From assembly GCA_002269645.1 (NCBI GenBank), contig NIVC01003140.1:53528-117527 (forward strand): a stretch of 64,000 bases of DNA. The letters run 5' to 3'. The stretch's first letter is position 1; each line of letters starts with the position of its first letter. Shown one piece after another: positions 1 through 11,600 of this stretch. Source of the DNA: Macrostomum lignano. Its lineage: Eukaryota. Made by a program: the position numbers and the translations under genes. The notes beneath the pieces were generated by a model. The model saw nothing but the letters and a program-made list of their open reading frames with translations. It was not told the DNA's origin and ran no database searches.

Positions 1-362
1 AAACAACTCAACCTGTTGTCTCTGTCAGTCACTGGGTCTCCCAGTTGAGGATTCTGCGAGCTGAGCTCGGACACCAAGCGATCTTCAAACTGGTCAAACT
101 CAGCAGCATCGTCAACTGGCATCAAGCGAAGGCTATCTTCAGACAGCTTGAATAGGGTGCCAAAGCTGTGGCCAGACAGGTCGGACAAACTCATTCGCAT
201 TCCTTTCAGCAATACACTAGCATTGCTCTGCAGCACCTCCATACGGTAGTAGAACCTGCGACCCTTGATCAGCTTGCGAAGCAATACAGTGCAACCCTCT
301 TGCATAGTTAAGGCACTATTTGTATTTTGCAATGACAAGGCATTTTCTGACTGTGCAGCCAT
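1..362 (-). CDS. TRMT6: 5' coding exon of a tRNA (adenine-58-N1)-methyltransferase non-catalytic subunit (TRM6/Gcd10-like); runs off the window start
   Basis: Manual minus-strand translation, open from ATG at 362 to the window edge: MAAQSENALSLQNTNSALTMQEGCTVLLRKLIKGRRFYYRMEVLQSNASVLLKGMRMSLSDLSGHSFGTLFKL...TDRDNRL. GHSFGTLF and DNR resemble TRM6 GHSYGTAF...TDNRNI. The ATG directly follows a tttcag acceptor. Confidence 0.65.
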   Translation of the reverse strand, partial: MAAQSENALSLQNTNSALTMQEGCTVLLRKLIKGRRFYYRMEVLQSNASVLLKGMRMSLSDLSGHSFGTLFKLSEDSLRLMPVDDAAEFDQFEDRLVSELSSQNPQLGDPVTDRDNRLSC

Positions 363-1218
363 CTGAAATAAAACAGTGCAATATTGAAAAAGTCTAAAGG
401 TATGATATTATAATAACAGCATATGAAGCTCAAAAAAAATTTGTAGTGTAATTTCAGCAGTGCATTACAACTTTATGATAAGACAAATCTTAAGACAATG
501 TGTCAGAAGTTGCACGAGAAACTAAATCAGACAATCCATTTTTATTAAGATTTTTGCCTTTTGCCTTTCAATTAATTGCTGGAAGATTAATTGTTCAGTT
601 AGAACCCTATGGATGTGATTATTTCTAAAATTTTATAGGCCTAGATAAAGATATTATTAGTAACAAAGCATTAAGCTACATTGTGCAAACCCACAAAGCA
701 AGAAAAACAATGAAAACTAGATTTCAATGTCCCACCCTACCTACCTTATTCACCTTTCACCTATTGCTATGTTATACTATATAGGATAGTCCATTTAAGT
801 TGGGACTAATTTTAAGACTCCATAGATCAGTTTATATCAAATCTTATGTTTTTTAACTTTGCAAAAATTTCAATAAGCTTTATTAGGTTGTTTAGCAGCA
901 GTATCAAAGTTGTAAATGTTGAAAAGTATAACTATCAATGTATACTATGAATAGGCCTACCCTGGGTTTTTTGCCTAATACAAAGTGCAAAATTGCACCT
1001 GTGCATAATTTCAAAGTGCAATTTTTAGCTCTAAGTGCATTTTCTATTTTTTTTCTTATGTTAAGGCAATGCAAATGCCAGAATAACCACACCTAAACCA
1101 CACCTACTTTTTCAATTTCAGGGTGCAATTTCAAAATTTAGGGTGCATACGCACACTTTGCACACAAAAAACCCAGGGCCTACCTGCCTTTTTATAGATC
1201 ATACATAGAATATTATTG

Positions 1219-1524
1219 ACTTAGGGCCTACTTTATTAGAAAATCCAGAAGGTCGGATTTTTCCAATAAGCGCTAGTGTATTCAGTACACCCCTGTGCGC
1301 CAATCAGCACTGCGCCTTAGTGCAGCCTTGCCAAGTCTGACCAAATTTCATGTGTAGCATCATACACTAGAATATTGGAGCTGAACAGGTGGCACTTAGG
1401 GCCTACTTTATTAGAAAATCCAGAAGGTCGGATTTTTCCCATAAGCGCTAGTGTATTCAGTACACCCCTGTGCGCCAATCAGCACTGCGCCTTAGTGCAG
1501 CCTTGCCAAGTCTCCAAATTTCAT
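1219..1524. repeat. Direct duplication of about 130 bp (1219-1351 vs 1394-1524) overlapping the left arm of the foldback-like element
   Basis: acttagggcctactttattagaaaatccagaaggtcgg...ccaagtc occurs twice. Confidence 0.85.
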
Positions 1525-2319
1525 CAGCACGTCGACCACATGTGTCTGCATCAGCTCTGACTTCGTTGGTCACTAGCCTTCACCCAGGTGGAGCTTCTGG
1601 ACCCTCAACAGGTGGCACCAGGTGACTATGGACACCCTGATGCGGATTTCTCTAGTTTATAGTCACCTGGTGTAATCTGTTGAAGATGCCGATGGCATCC
1701 GGGTGATGGCTGAATGTTTGACTGACTAGCTGAGGATGTCCTGCAGTTGATTTTTGCCCACTGTCGAGGCTTGATCAGCGAAACTAGAGAAATTCTTATC
1801 AGGCTGTCCATAGTCACTTGGTGTAATCTGTTGAAGGACCGACGGCGTCGGGATGATGACGGAATGCTTGAGAGACTAGCTGAGAATGTCTGGTGGTTGA
1901 TTCTTGCCCACTGTCGAGGCCTGATTGGCGAAACTAGAGAAATCAGCATCAGGCTGTCCATAGTCACTTGGTGTAATCTGTTGAAGGAGCCGACGGCGTC
2001 AGGATGATGACGGAATGCTTGAGAGACTAGCTGAGAATGTCTGGCGGTTGATTCTTGCCCACTGTCGAGGCTTGTTCGCGAAACTAGAGAAATCCACATC
2101 AGGGTGTCCATAGTCACCTGGTGCCACCTGTTGAGGGTCCAGAAGCTCCACCTGGGTGAAGGCTAGTGACCAACGAAGTCAGAGCTGATGCAGACACATG
2201 TGGTCGATGTGCTGATGAAATTTGGAGACTTGGCAAGGCTGCACTAAGGCGCAGTGCTGATTGGCGCACAGGGGTGTACTGAATACACTAGCGCTTATGG
2301 GAAAAATCCAACCTTCTGG
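1420..2319. mobile_element. Foldback/MITE-like non-autonomous element: about 239-bp inverted arms around 150-bp tandem units
   Basis: 1420-1658 is the near-perfect reverse complement of 2081-2319. Internal units start with aaactagagaaat at 1781, 1931 and 2081. No coding capacity; no TSD found. Confidence 0.6.
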
Positions 2320-3279
2320 CAGAATCGTCATATATCTCGACGGTCCGGGGGCTGGCAACTTGATTCTTGTTTGAGAAGGTGTGCAACAAAAAGTTAGCCC
2401 GTGATCTTAAATTTTGTGGGCCTGCATTGCTCCATTCCAGCATAGCAAAAAAATTGTCAGGGGGGGGGGGAAATTCCCTGACAATTCGAATTTGTCAGGG
2501 AGGGGGGAAATTCCCCCCCCCTCTTGGTAGTTCTACTGTTAAGTAATAGGCAATTGTAAAGAAAAAATTGTATCATCTACAAAAGAAACATTTGACTGCT
2601 CTAAGTGCTTATGTATACATTTCTAGTTATATTAAGAAAGAGTAAGATGGGATATTATATTAACCTTCTTAATTAAAGACCAAACTATCAAATATTCATC
2701 TAAATATTCTCTAGTTAGAAATGTATCTATGCCCATAGATTGCTTGAATGTCTATTAGACAACAATATGTTTTAGCAAGATAAAGCATTAGCATATAACA
2801 TTTTGATTTTTTATTATTTAATCTATTAGAACCCAGTGAAATAGACCCTAAGCATTCTGATATCTCCATTTATAAAATTTGGTCAAGTAGGCAAATAATA
2901 AACTTATAGTAGTTTTAGTGTCCTCATTTTTATTTAATGTTTTATATCAGATGGTGATTTTTCAAAGCAAAATAACAACAGAGCCTTATGCATAGAAAAA
3001 ATATATTACTAGACAAACTAAGATAGGCTTAGTGTATCAATAAATAGAGTACTACAAGCTGTTGAAACCCGCAGATTTTGAACCCAGGGAATTCCAATAC
3101 CTGGAACTACTTTTGCATGTATTCTGAAATCTAAGGCCATACACAAACAAAAACTTGTTAATAGTTAGTAGGATAGAGGTAGACATAAAAGGGAGCACAT
3201 TCGTGTAAAATTAGGGTTTGAGACTTTGTTGGCTGGGGTACTGTGCAGAATGTCATGAAAAGTTCATGAAAAGAATTTG

Positions 3280-4140
3280 ATGAAGTTCTGTTTCACGGAG
3301 ACGATTTCGATGGCTTTGAGTTTCCCAAAGAGAATTTTGATAGATTTCTATTTTATGGAGAGAATTTTTATGGATGTCTGTTTGGCAGAGAGGACTTCAA
3401 TGGCTGTCAGCTTCATGGAAAGGACTTTGATTTTGTTCTGACTTCTGTTTAATGAAGAGGCTTTTGATGGGGCTTTGTTCAACGGAGAGGACTTCAAAGT
3501 ATTTCTGTTTGACAGAGAGGATTTTGATGGATTTGGCACCTTTAGTCAGTCAGAGAAAAGAGAGAAAAGAGAAGAGGGATGATAGGAAAGAGAGTAGATA
3601 TGAAAGAGGAAAGATTAGAGATGACAGATGGGAGAGAAGAGGGGAGTAAAGCGGGAATGAAGAGGGAGAGAGAAGAGAAGAGAAGAGAGGAGATGAGAGG
3701 GGAGATATGAGATAGCAGAGGAAGACAGGCAAGATGAGAAGAGAGAAGAGAGGAGGGATAAGACTAAGAACGTACAGAGGAAATAGAAGAGAGGAAAGAA
3801 TAGAGGAGAAATAAGAGTGAGATAAGGGAAGAAGGATGAGAAATGAGAGTAGAAGAGAGAGGAGAGAGAAGAGATGAGAAAAGAGGGGAGAAAAGAAGAG
3901 AGAGGGTAGAGTAGAGGAGAGACAATAGATATGAGGAGATATGAGAAAGGAGAGAAGAGGATGAGTTAAGAGGGGAGAGATAAGAGAAAAAAGAGGAGAC
4001 AAAAAAGGGTATAGACGATAGACAAGGGAGAAGAGATAAATAGAGGAGTATGGGTAGAGATGAGATGAGAGACAGGAGAGAAAAGAGTCACAATAATAGC
4101 AAAGAGAGGAGAGAGGAGATATGAAAGATGTGAGAGTCTT
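3280..4140. repeat. Degenerate short repeats followed by a GA-rich polypurine tract
   Basis: ggactttgatgg-like units at 3280-3540, then an almost purely A/G tract at 3541-4140. Confidence 0.85.
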
Positions 4141-7019
4141 TGAGCTATGGTCTTTAAAAGGTTTTGAAAAGAATTTGGAGACGATTTGGAAGATAGGGTT
4201 TAAGACATGGAATTTTAGTTGATAGATATTTCAGGAAATGGAATTCCAGTAATGGCAGTTCTTCCCCTTTCTCCTCCAAAGGAGGAGTTCCACATGTAAA
4301 ATATAAAAAAATAATGCAAAACCTATAAAACAAATTTATTTTTTAATTAAAAAATATATAGTAAGGGAGTCCAGTGAGATTTTAATTTTTTTATTTGTCT
4401 TCTTTTTGATACCATGTAACAGACATTTGTTGTATGAGTAAAATGACACCTTACTTTTGAATTTTGGTCAAGTAATAAAAAAGTTATAACACTTATTGTG
4501 TTATATTTTTTGACACTTCCGTAATATGGCGTAATGCAATTTTCCCATACGCATAAGGCACTGTGATCATTTTTGCTGGCCTAAAAGAACTGATTTTCTG
4601 AGTTATAAATGATATAGCTTTTGAACTATTCAATAGATTTTCATTCCTTATATGTCAATTTTTAGCTTTTATCTTGTAGATTATTTTGCATTAGGCCCCC
4701 CCTAGTGCTTTGCAAAGTACAACTAATTAATTCCCAATTTTTTTTATTCTCAAAATAATATTAAGCCATTTATAGAATTTTAATCCTTACACCATAATTA
4801 AGCCACTTTTGTCCTTATATAGATCATCCAGATGTAAAACCAAGCCGATTCAGCTGGCTGGCAAGGGGCCCAGGCCCAGCCAATGTAAGCTGCAAAAATT
4901 CACATTCAAAACATTATTAAAAAAGTAGTACTAATTAGCTGATGAGGCATTTAGCCCTTATAAAACAGTTATAATTACTCCTGCCGTTTAGCCAAACATC
5001 GGTGCCATTACTGGAGTTGCGGGAAGAGCTGACAATGAGATCATTGTTTCGTCTTGTTTGTATGCCAGTTTAGATAATAAAACAGAAGAAAAAAACACCA
5101 AACACCATCGATGCATATTTGAAAAAAATTGCCCAACATTTTTTTATTTTAAATGGAAGTTTACATGCATTTTGGCTCTAACTTTGAATTAATATTGTGT
5201 AAATGCGGGAATACTATGCGAGTTTTCTATATTGGAAACAATATTGTAGCCTTTTACAAAGCATCATTTAAAAGTTCCATAGGTGCTTTTTCAAAGAACA
5301 AAAACTCAATAACAAAACTTTGCTGGCCCCTATAAGGGTGTATAAATTTTTTTTACTTTTCAAGTTTACTGTAGTTAAATATGTACATATTTTATAGTAT
5401 ATATAACCTTTTGTTATATTCCTTTAATTTTGCAATGGTTTTTAATTTTCTAGAAGCATATATTTTTTCCATTTTTCGGCTTCATTTTATAGATTTATGA
5501 AAAAATGCGGGAAGTTTGACCAAGTGTAACTTTTTTTGTACTTGCATGATTTAAACAGATAGACACTCACCAGAAAGAAAAAATTATCAGCTTTTTAGTT
5601 TATATTGTGACTTCTTTATACTGTTTATAGTTTTTATTTTATTCATTTTTAAACTTGATACCTTAAAACTAGTGGAATTTGCAGTTCATTCCACAATTTA
5701 CTATTCTGCTACAGCTTCCCCTTTTATTGTGCTATCCTATTTCAATTCTGTTGCAGTTACCACATTTTAATTGATACCCTAAAATTATGGCATTGTCCTA
5801 CATTTCTTGAATTAATTTTTTTTTACTAATTGTTCTTCTGTTTTAGGCTAGTGTAAATCATTGCATATGTTTGGGCTATTTCTATTTAGGCTAGGCCTAT
5901 ATCTAGGAATTCATCCAGCTGTTTCTATCGGCAACACAAACATCATATGTAAACCATAGACTAGGCCTAGGTGCCTAGTTAGGAAGAAATCAAGTAGATC
6001 AAGAAATTTGGCATAGGCCAGGCCCAGGCCTAGGCCTATATGAATAATTATGAATGTTGGCATACAAAATACAGAATAATCCATTAGTAAATTGTGCCAT
6101 CATAGAGTTAGCATATGGTGAAGCTATTGATATGCAGATTGATATCATAATGCTAACTTTATTGTCCCTAAAAAACAACTTTTTATATTCTAAGTTGTGT
6201 CTACTACAAACAACAGGAAAAAGACTTAAAGGTACAAGTTACAGCAAAAATGGCAAAAAGTTGTCTATCATTCTATTAGGACTAAAACTGACTTTTTAAA
6301 GCTTTACTGCAAAAAGATTGTTGCCATTCTGGCTATGTTAGATTTGTCAATAGATAAAGGATAAAAAAGCAAAAAATAATATAGTATTATTATATATAGT
6401 TTGGCCTAAGCTAAATGAAATAGTTCTATAAAAATATTAATAAGAAAGCATCAAATTATTACAACAAATATTAAAATTTGATCAATTAGACAAATATTCA
6501 ATTTAAAAAAGTGCTTTGAACTCTAAATTATAGAGATAAGATAAAGAGACATGAGATACTAAGCCTATATAGTTTTTAGGCAAAATGTTCATAGTGTCTA
6601 ATAAGCAAATATATTATGAAAAAATAAAAAATTAAGATGTAAAAAGTTTTGTATATATGTTTAGATTTAAAAAATACTTAGGTCCTTGCTAAATTTTAAT
6701 GTTAAAACCTTAGTTTGTATAGTTTTTTATTATTATATTTAATTGATTTTTTTACTATATCCTTTGCCAATAACATAACATAAGCTTTATGATTGTATAT
6801 ACAAATAAGGTCTTTTATTATAACAACTAAATTTCTAACAACTAAATTAATAACTTTGTTGTTACAAAGTTATTATAACAACTAAATACTTCTCCTACTA
6901 GCTATATAATGGGCCAAGAAATGTAGAAAAGTCAAAGAATGTGTTTTTGGGCCATAGCCCTCAAAAAGTCATACCCTAAGCTTGATTTAAGGCACTAGCA
7001 TCAATCAAAAGCAAGTTAA

Positions 7020-7450
7020 AATATCTCACCATTCACCCTTGGCCAAGCTTATAGAGCCCCTGCGGCTGCAGGCTGTAGCTTGAGCAGCAGCACTTCATAT
7101 AGTGGGTGAGGTCTAAGTTGTTGTTTGTGCAACAAGTCAGAAGGTTACATCAGGCGTACCCTTGTGTAGAGCATGGCATTGGTCTTGCTGCTTGGACTGC
7201 TGCACACTGAATGAGCAACAACTAGTTCCATGTGTAGAATCCAGCTGCCTCTCCAAGGTGTTTATGTCTGTCAAAGTCCAGGTCTCAGTGTTGTACAATA
7301 AGACATTTTCAATGGCTGCCTGAAACAGCTAAGCCTTAAGTCTGTTATCTAGGGCCTCAGAATGGAGTACAGAGTATACAGAACAACAGAGCAGCTTAAG
7401 TCAGTCCTTGTTGTCTCACCTAAGGCCAAATAGGGCATAGGCCAAAATAA
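7020..7450 (-). mobile_element. Decayed RTE-like non-LTR retrotransposon fragment (region after the RT core)
   Basis: Minus strand reads LKA*LFQAAIENVLLYNTETWTLT...LERQLDSTH, homologous to LKMRLFRAAVEPIFLYGLE of the RTE-like ORF at 18811-20082. Contains stops. Confidence 0.6.
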
Positions 7451-7539
7451 CTAAAATGGTGCATAATTATTTCATTTGCCATCTTTTTGTCTACTGGCAG
7501 ACAAAATAACTAATTGAAAATAAGCAGTAAGAGTTTATT

Positions 7540-7900
7540 TATACTATACCATATCCCCCAGGATGTCTCAAAGCTGCAAGTTGAACTCGTTGTGTTGCCA
7601 CATTTGCAAGTGATGTTAGTGATCCCCTATGTCATGCTCCCCAAGGGCATCAAGTGGCTGGTGGCACTCGTGCACTCCAGGTGCTACAGTTTGCAAACCA
7701 AGCGCAAGCTGACAGTGATGGACAGCTTGATGCCCAAGAGGTGCATGCCCTCGTGGCTACTCGGCAGACTGGTAAAGAAGGCGGCTGACTGTGGGGTGAG
7801 GGCAGAGTGCTGCCTGGCCACATCCCTGGGCTCCAAGAGGCTGGCAGACAGCGCCTGATGGCAGGCACAGAAAAGCAGCTCTTGTCAGGAGTAGGTGGCA
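7540..7900 (-). mobile_element. Decayed fragment resembling the C-terminal region of CRE-type (restriction-like endonuclease) non-LTR elements
   Basis: Minus frame reads DVARQHSALTPQSAAFFTSLPSSHEGMHLLGIKLSITVSLRL...CKCG, like the remembered ARLLS..P.SGAWL.ALP...G..L.....IAV.LRLG...C.CG pattern. Contains stops. Confidence 0.4.
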
Positions 7901-8654
7901 GGGGGCCCGCAGGTTCTGTGCTGCTCAAGTGCTTTTGAGTTATAAAATATAACTATATATTATAAAGCCTGCCTTATCTTAAGCCAAGCCTTAACTGTTA
8001 GGAACAAATCCTGGATAACATTATATTAAAGTTTGTTGAGCTGATCGGCAAGAATGCTAAACACCCAATTTAGCATATGCTCACCATCAGCATTACCATG
8101 CAGAATATACTGTACACTCTAGACAATACTTGTTTAGCTTTAGATGCCTATAATCAGATAGATGACAGCAAAGACCAGAAAGTCTAGGAGTTGTGTTTCT
8201 TGAGGGAAGAGGTTCAGCAGAGCAATTTAAGCAATGTTTTAAAAGTCTCAATTTTGAAATGTACTAGTTGCTTATATAATATCATTCCTGAGGTACCAAA
8301 ACATGAGTAAGCTTTCAAGTATTAAGCTCACCTCTTCATAGTCAATTTTAGTCTGTACTTTGCTATTTTAAAAAAATATTTCAACCTTCAATTTTAAGCT
8401 CATGCTTTTCAGCACATATTTTGGATGAAAATGACAAATAAAAGAGGCCAGGAGTTTGTTGACAACAGGCCCATTTTTGGTAAATTTTTTCTATCAAATG
8501 CACAGCATTTTTGCCCACCAGTTAATGCATTTTATTCCTTAAATCATTAACAGTTAATTTTTAGTATGATAGGATTACAGAATTAAGCCAATATTTTCAA
8601 AGATGTTGGTAATACACTTGTGTACGAGCGTATACCTATCTATTGCATGAGACA

Positions 8655-11600
8655 ATGACAGTGGAAACCCAAGCGCTAACAAATGGAGACGATCAATCTC
8701 CACAGCAGCATGCTGAACCGCAGCCGCAGCAGCAGCAGCGAAAGCGGGACAAACAGAAGCGCAAGAAGGAGCGCAGAAAGCAGTCCAGGCAGCAGAGGCG
8801 ACAGCAGCAGGGCGGTCAGCACGAGAAGCAGCAGGAAGGCAGCGGTTCCGATGGAGAGGACATCGAAGTGGAGTATGTTTTTGAAGATCCACCTGAGCTG
8901 ACAGATGTCAAGTTTCGACATTTTAGAAAGATCTTCCAGGTGAGACAGTTTAATGGCTGTTATTTCGTTAGCAGCCATTTTCCATGACCCTTCACACCTG
9001 ATCAGCCATTTCCCATCAGCCTCAACACCTGAGCAGCCATTTCCCATCAGCCTTGACACCTGAGCAGCCATTTCCCATCAGCCTTGACACCTGAGCAGCC
9101 ATTTCCTATCAGCCTTAACACCTGAGCAGCCATTTCCCATTAGCCTTGACACCTTAGAGGCTTTCGATTTACCACAGAAATCGGAGCCTCCATTTACCGC
9201 AAGTATCGCCAGTAACGGTGCACCTTAATGCATCCGTGCTTATCGCAACCTGGCAGAATCATTTTAAAACTGAGGCTCTCCCTAATTAATCTTTCAAACT
9301 AACATTTCAAGGCTTTCAGACCCGTCAGCGAGGACTCGGCAGCTGCCTCCGCCTCGGTCAGCCAGGCCAAGCTCAGCGGCTCGGACACCAACGGTGCTCC
9401 TGATACTCTCTCTTCAGCCAATTCTCTGAGCAGCAACCTTGCTCTGCTGAAAGCTCGAGCAGCTGGCATGATGCAGCAAGATCAAGATGACGATGAGGAT
9501 GAGATTGCGGCTGCTGCCAAACGCGAGGAGGAGGACGTGCAGAAGATGTCGAAACGGAAGCTGAAGAAGCTAACCCGAATGAGCGTTGCGGAGCTCAAGC
9601 AGAGCGTGGACCGGCCTGAAGTAGTTGAGATGCACGATGTCTGCTCCAAGGACCCCAAGCTGCTCTGCCTGCTCAAGGCTTACCGGAATGCCGTGGCCGT
9701 TCCTAGGCACTGGTGCGCTAAGCGCAAGTACCTACAGGGCAAGCGCGGCATAGAGAAGCCACCGTTCCAGCTGCCCGACTTCATCAAGGCCACGGGCATT
9801 ATGGAGATGCGCGAGACTGGTCAAGAGAAAGACGACGCCAAGACTATGAAGCAGAAGATGCGGGAGCGAGTCCGCCCGAAAGTGGGCAAGATTGACATCG
9901 ACTACCAGAAGCTGCACGACGCCTTCTTCAAATACCAGGTCAAGCCGCATCTCACCAGTGAGTTTTTGTCTCGCAACTATTCCTGTCTTTACTTCTGCAG
10001 TCCTTGGAGGGCAGAGCAGCTCACCCGTTGAATACTTTAGCGGGACAAGAATCGCTAGAGTCATTGCAAACAGCTCACCAGTGACTCTAGCGCTTTAGAG
10101 GCAACTCGGTAATTCTACAGCGACTCTGGCACGCCTCAGAGTACAGGGGGCCCGCAGGTTCTGTGCTGCTCAAGTGCTTTTGAGTTATAAAATATAACTA
10201 TATAAAAAGCCCCTATCTTAAGCCTGCCTTAAACTGTTAGGAACAAATCCTGGATAACGTTATATTAAAGTTTGTTGAGCTGATCGGCAAGAATGCTAAA
10301 CACCCAATTTAGCATATGCTCACCATCAGCATTACCATGCAGAATATACTGTACACTCTAGACAATACTTGTTTAGCTTTAGATGCCTATAATCAGATAG
10401 ATGACAGCGAAGACCAGAAAGTCTAGGAGTTGTGTTTCTTGAAGGGAGAGGTTCAGCAGAGCAATTTAAGCAATGTTTTAAAAGTCTCAATTTTGAAATG
10501 TACTAGTTGCTTATATAATATCATTCCTGAGGTACCAAAATATGAGTAAGCTTTCAAGTATTAAGCTCACCTCTTCATAGTCAATTTTCGTCTGTACTTT
10601 GCTATTTTAAAAAAATATTTCAACCTTCAATTTTAAGCTCATGCTTTTCAGCACATATTTTGGATTTTGTATGTGTTGAAAATGACAAATAAAAGAGGCC
10701 AGGAGTTTGTTGACAACAGGCCCATTTTTGGTTAATTTTTTCTATCAAATGCACAGCATTTTTGCCCACCAGTTAATGCATTTTAAATCCTTAAATCATT
10801 AACATGTTTACTTTTTAGTTTCAAAGATTTGGTAATATTGTGTAAGCGTATGTTGGTATCTATGTAGAGCGTGACTGGAGACTGAAGTGGAAATGGCCAA
10901 CGGAGACAATCTCCACAGCAGCATGCTGAACCGCAGCCGCAGCAGCAGCAGCGAAAGCGGGACAAACAGAAGCGCAAGAAGGAGCGCAGAAAGCAGTCCA
11001 GGCAGCAGAGGCGACAGCAGCAGGGCGGTCAGCACGAGAAGCAGCAGGAAGGCAGCGGTTCCGATGGAGAGGACATCGAAGTGGAGTATGTTTTTGAATC
11101 CATGACCTGACTGAAGATGTCAAGTTTCGACATTTTAGAAAGATCTTCCAGGTGAGACAGTTTTATGGCTGTTATTTCGTTAGCAGCCATTTTCCATGAC
11201 CCTTGACACCTGAGCAGCCATTTCCCATCAGCCTCAACACCTGAGCAGCCATTTCCCACCAGCCATGACACCTGAGCAGTCATTTCCCATGACCCGTGAC
11301 ACCTAAGCAGCCATTTCCATGATCCTTGACACCTGAGCAGCCATTTCCCTCCAGCCTTGACACCTGAGCAGCCATTTCCTATCAGCCTTGACACCTGAGC
11401 AGCCATTTTCCATCAGCCTCAACACCTGAGCAGCCATTTCCCATCAGCCTCAACACCTGAGCAGCCATTTCCCATCAGCCTCAACACCTGAGCAGCCATT
11501 TCCCATCAGCCTCAACACCTGAGCAGCCATTTCCCACCAGCCATGACACCTGAGCAGTCATTTCCCATGACCCGTGACACCTAAGCAGCCATTTCCATGA

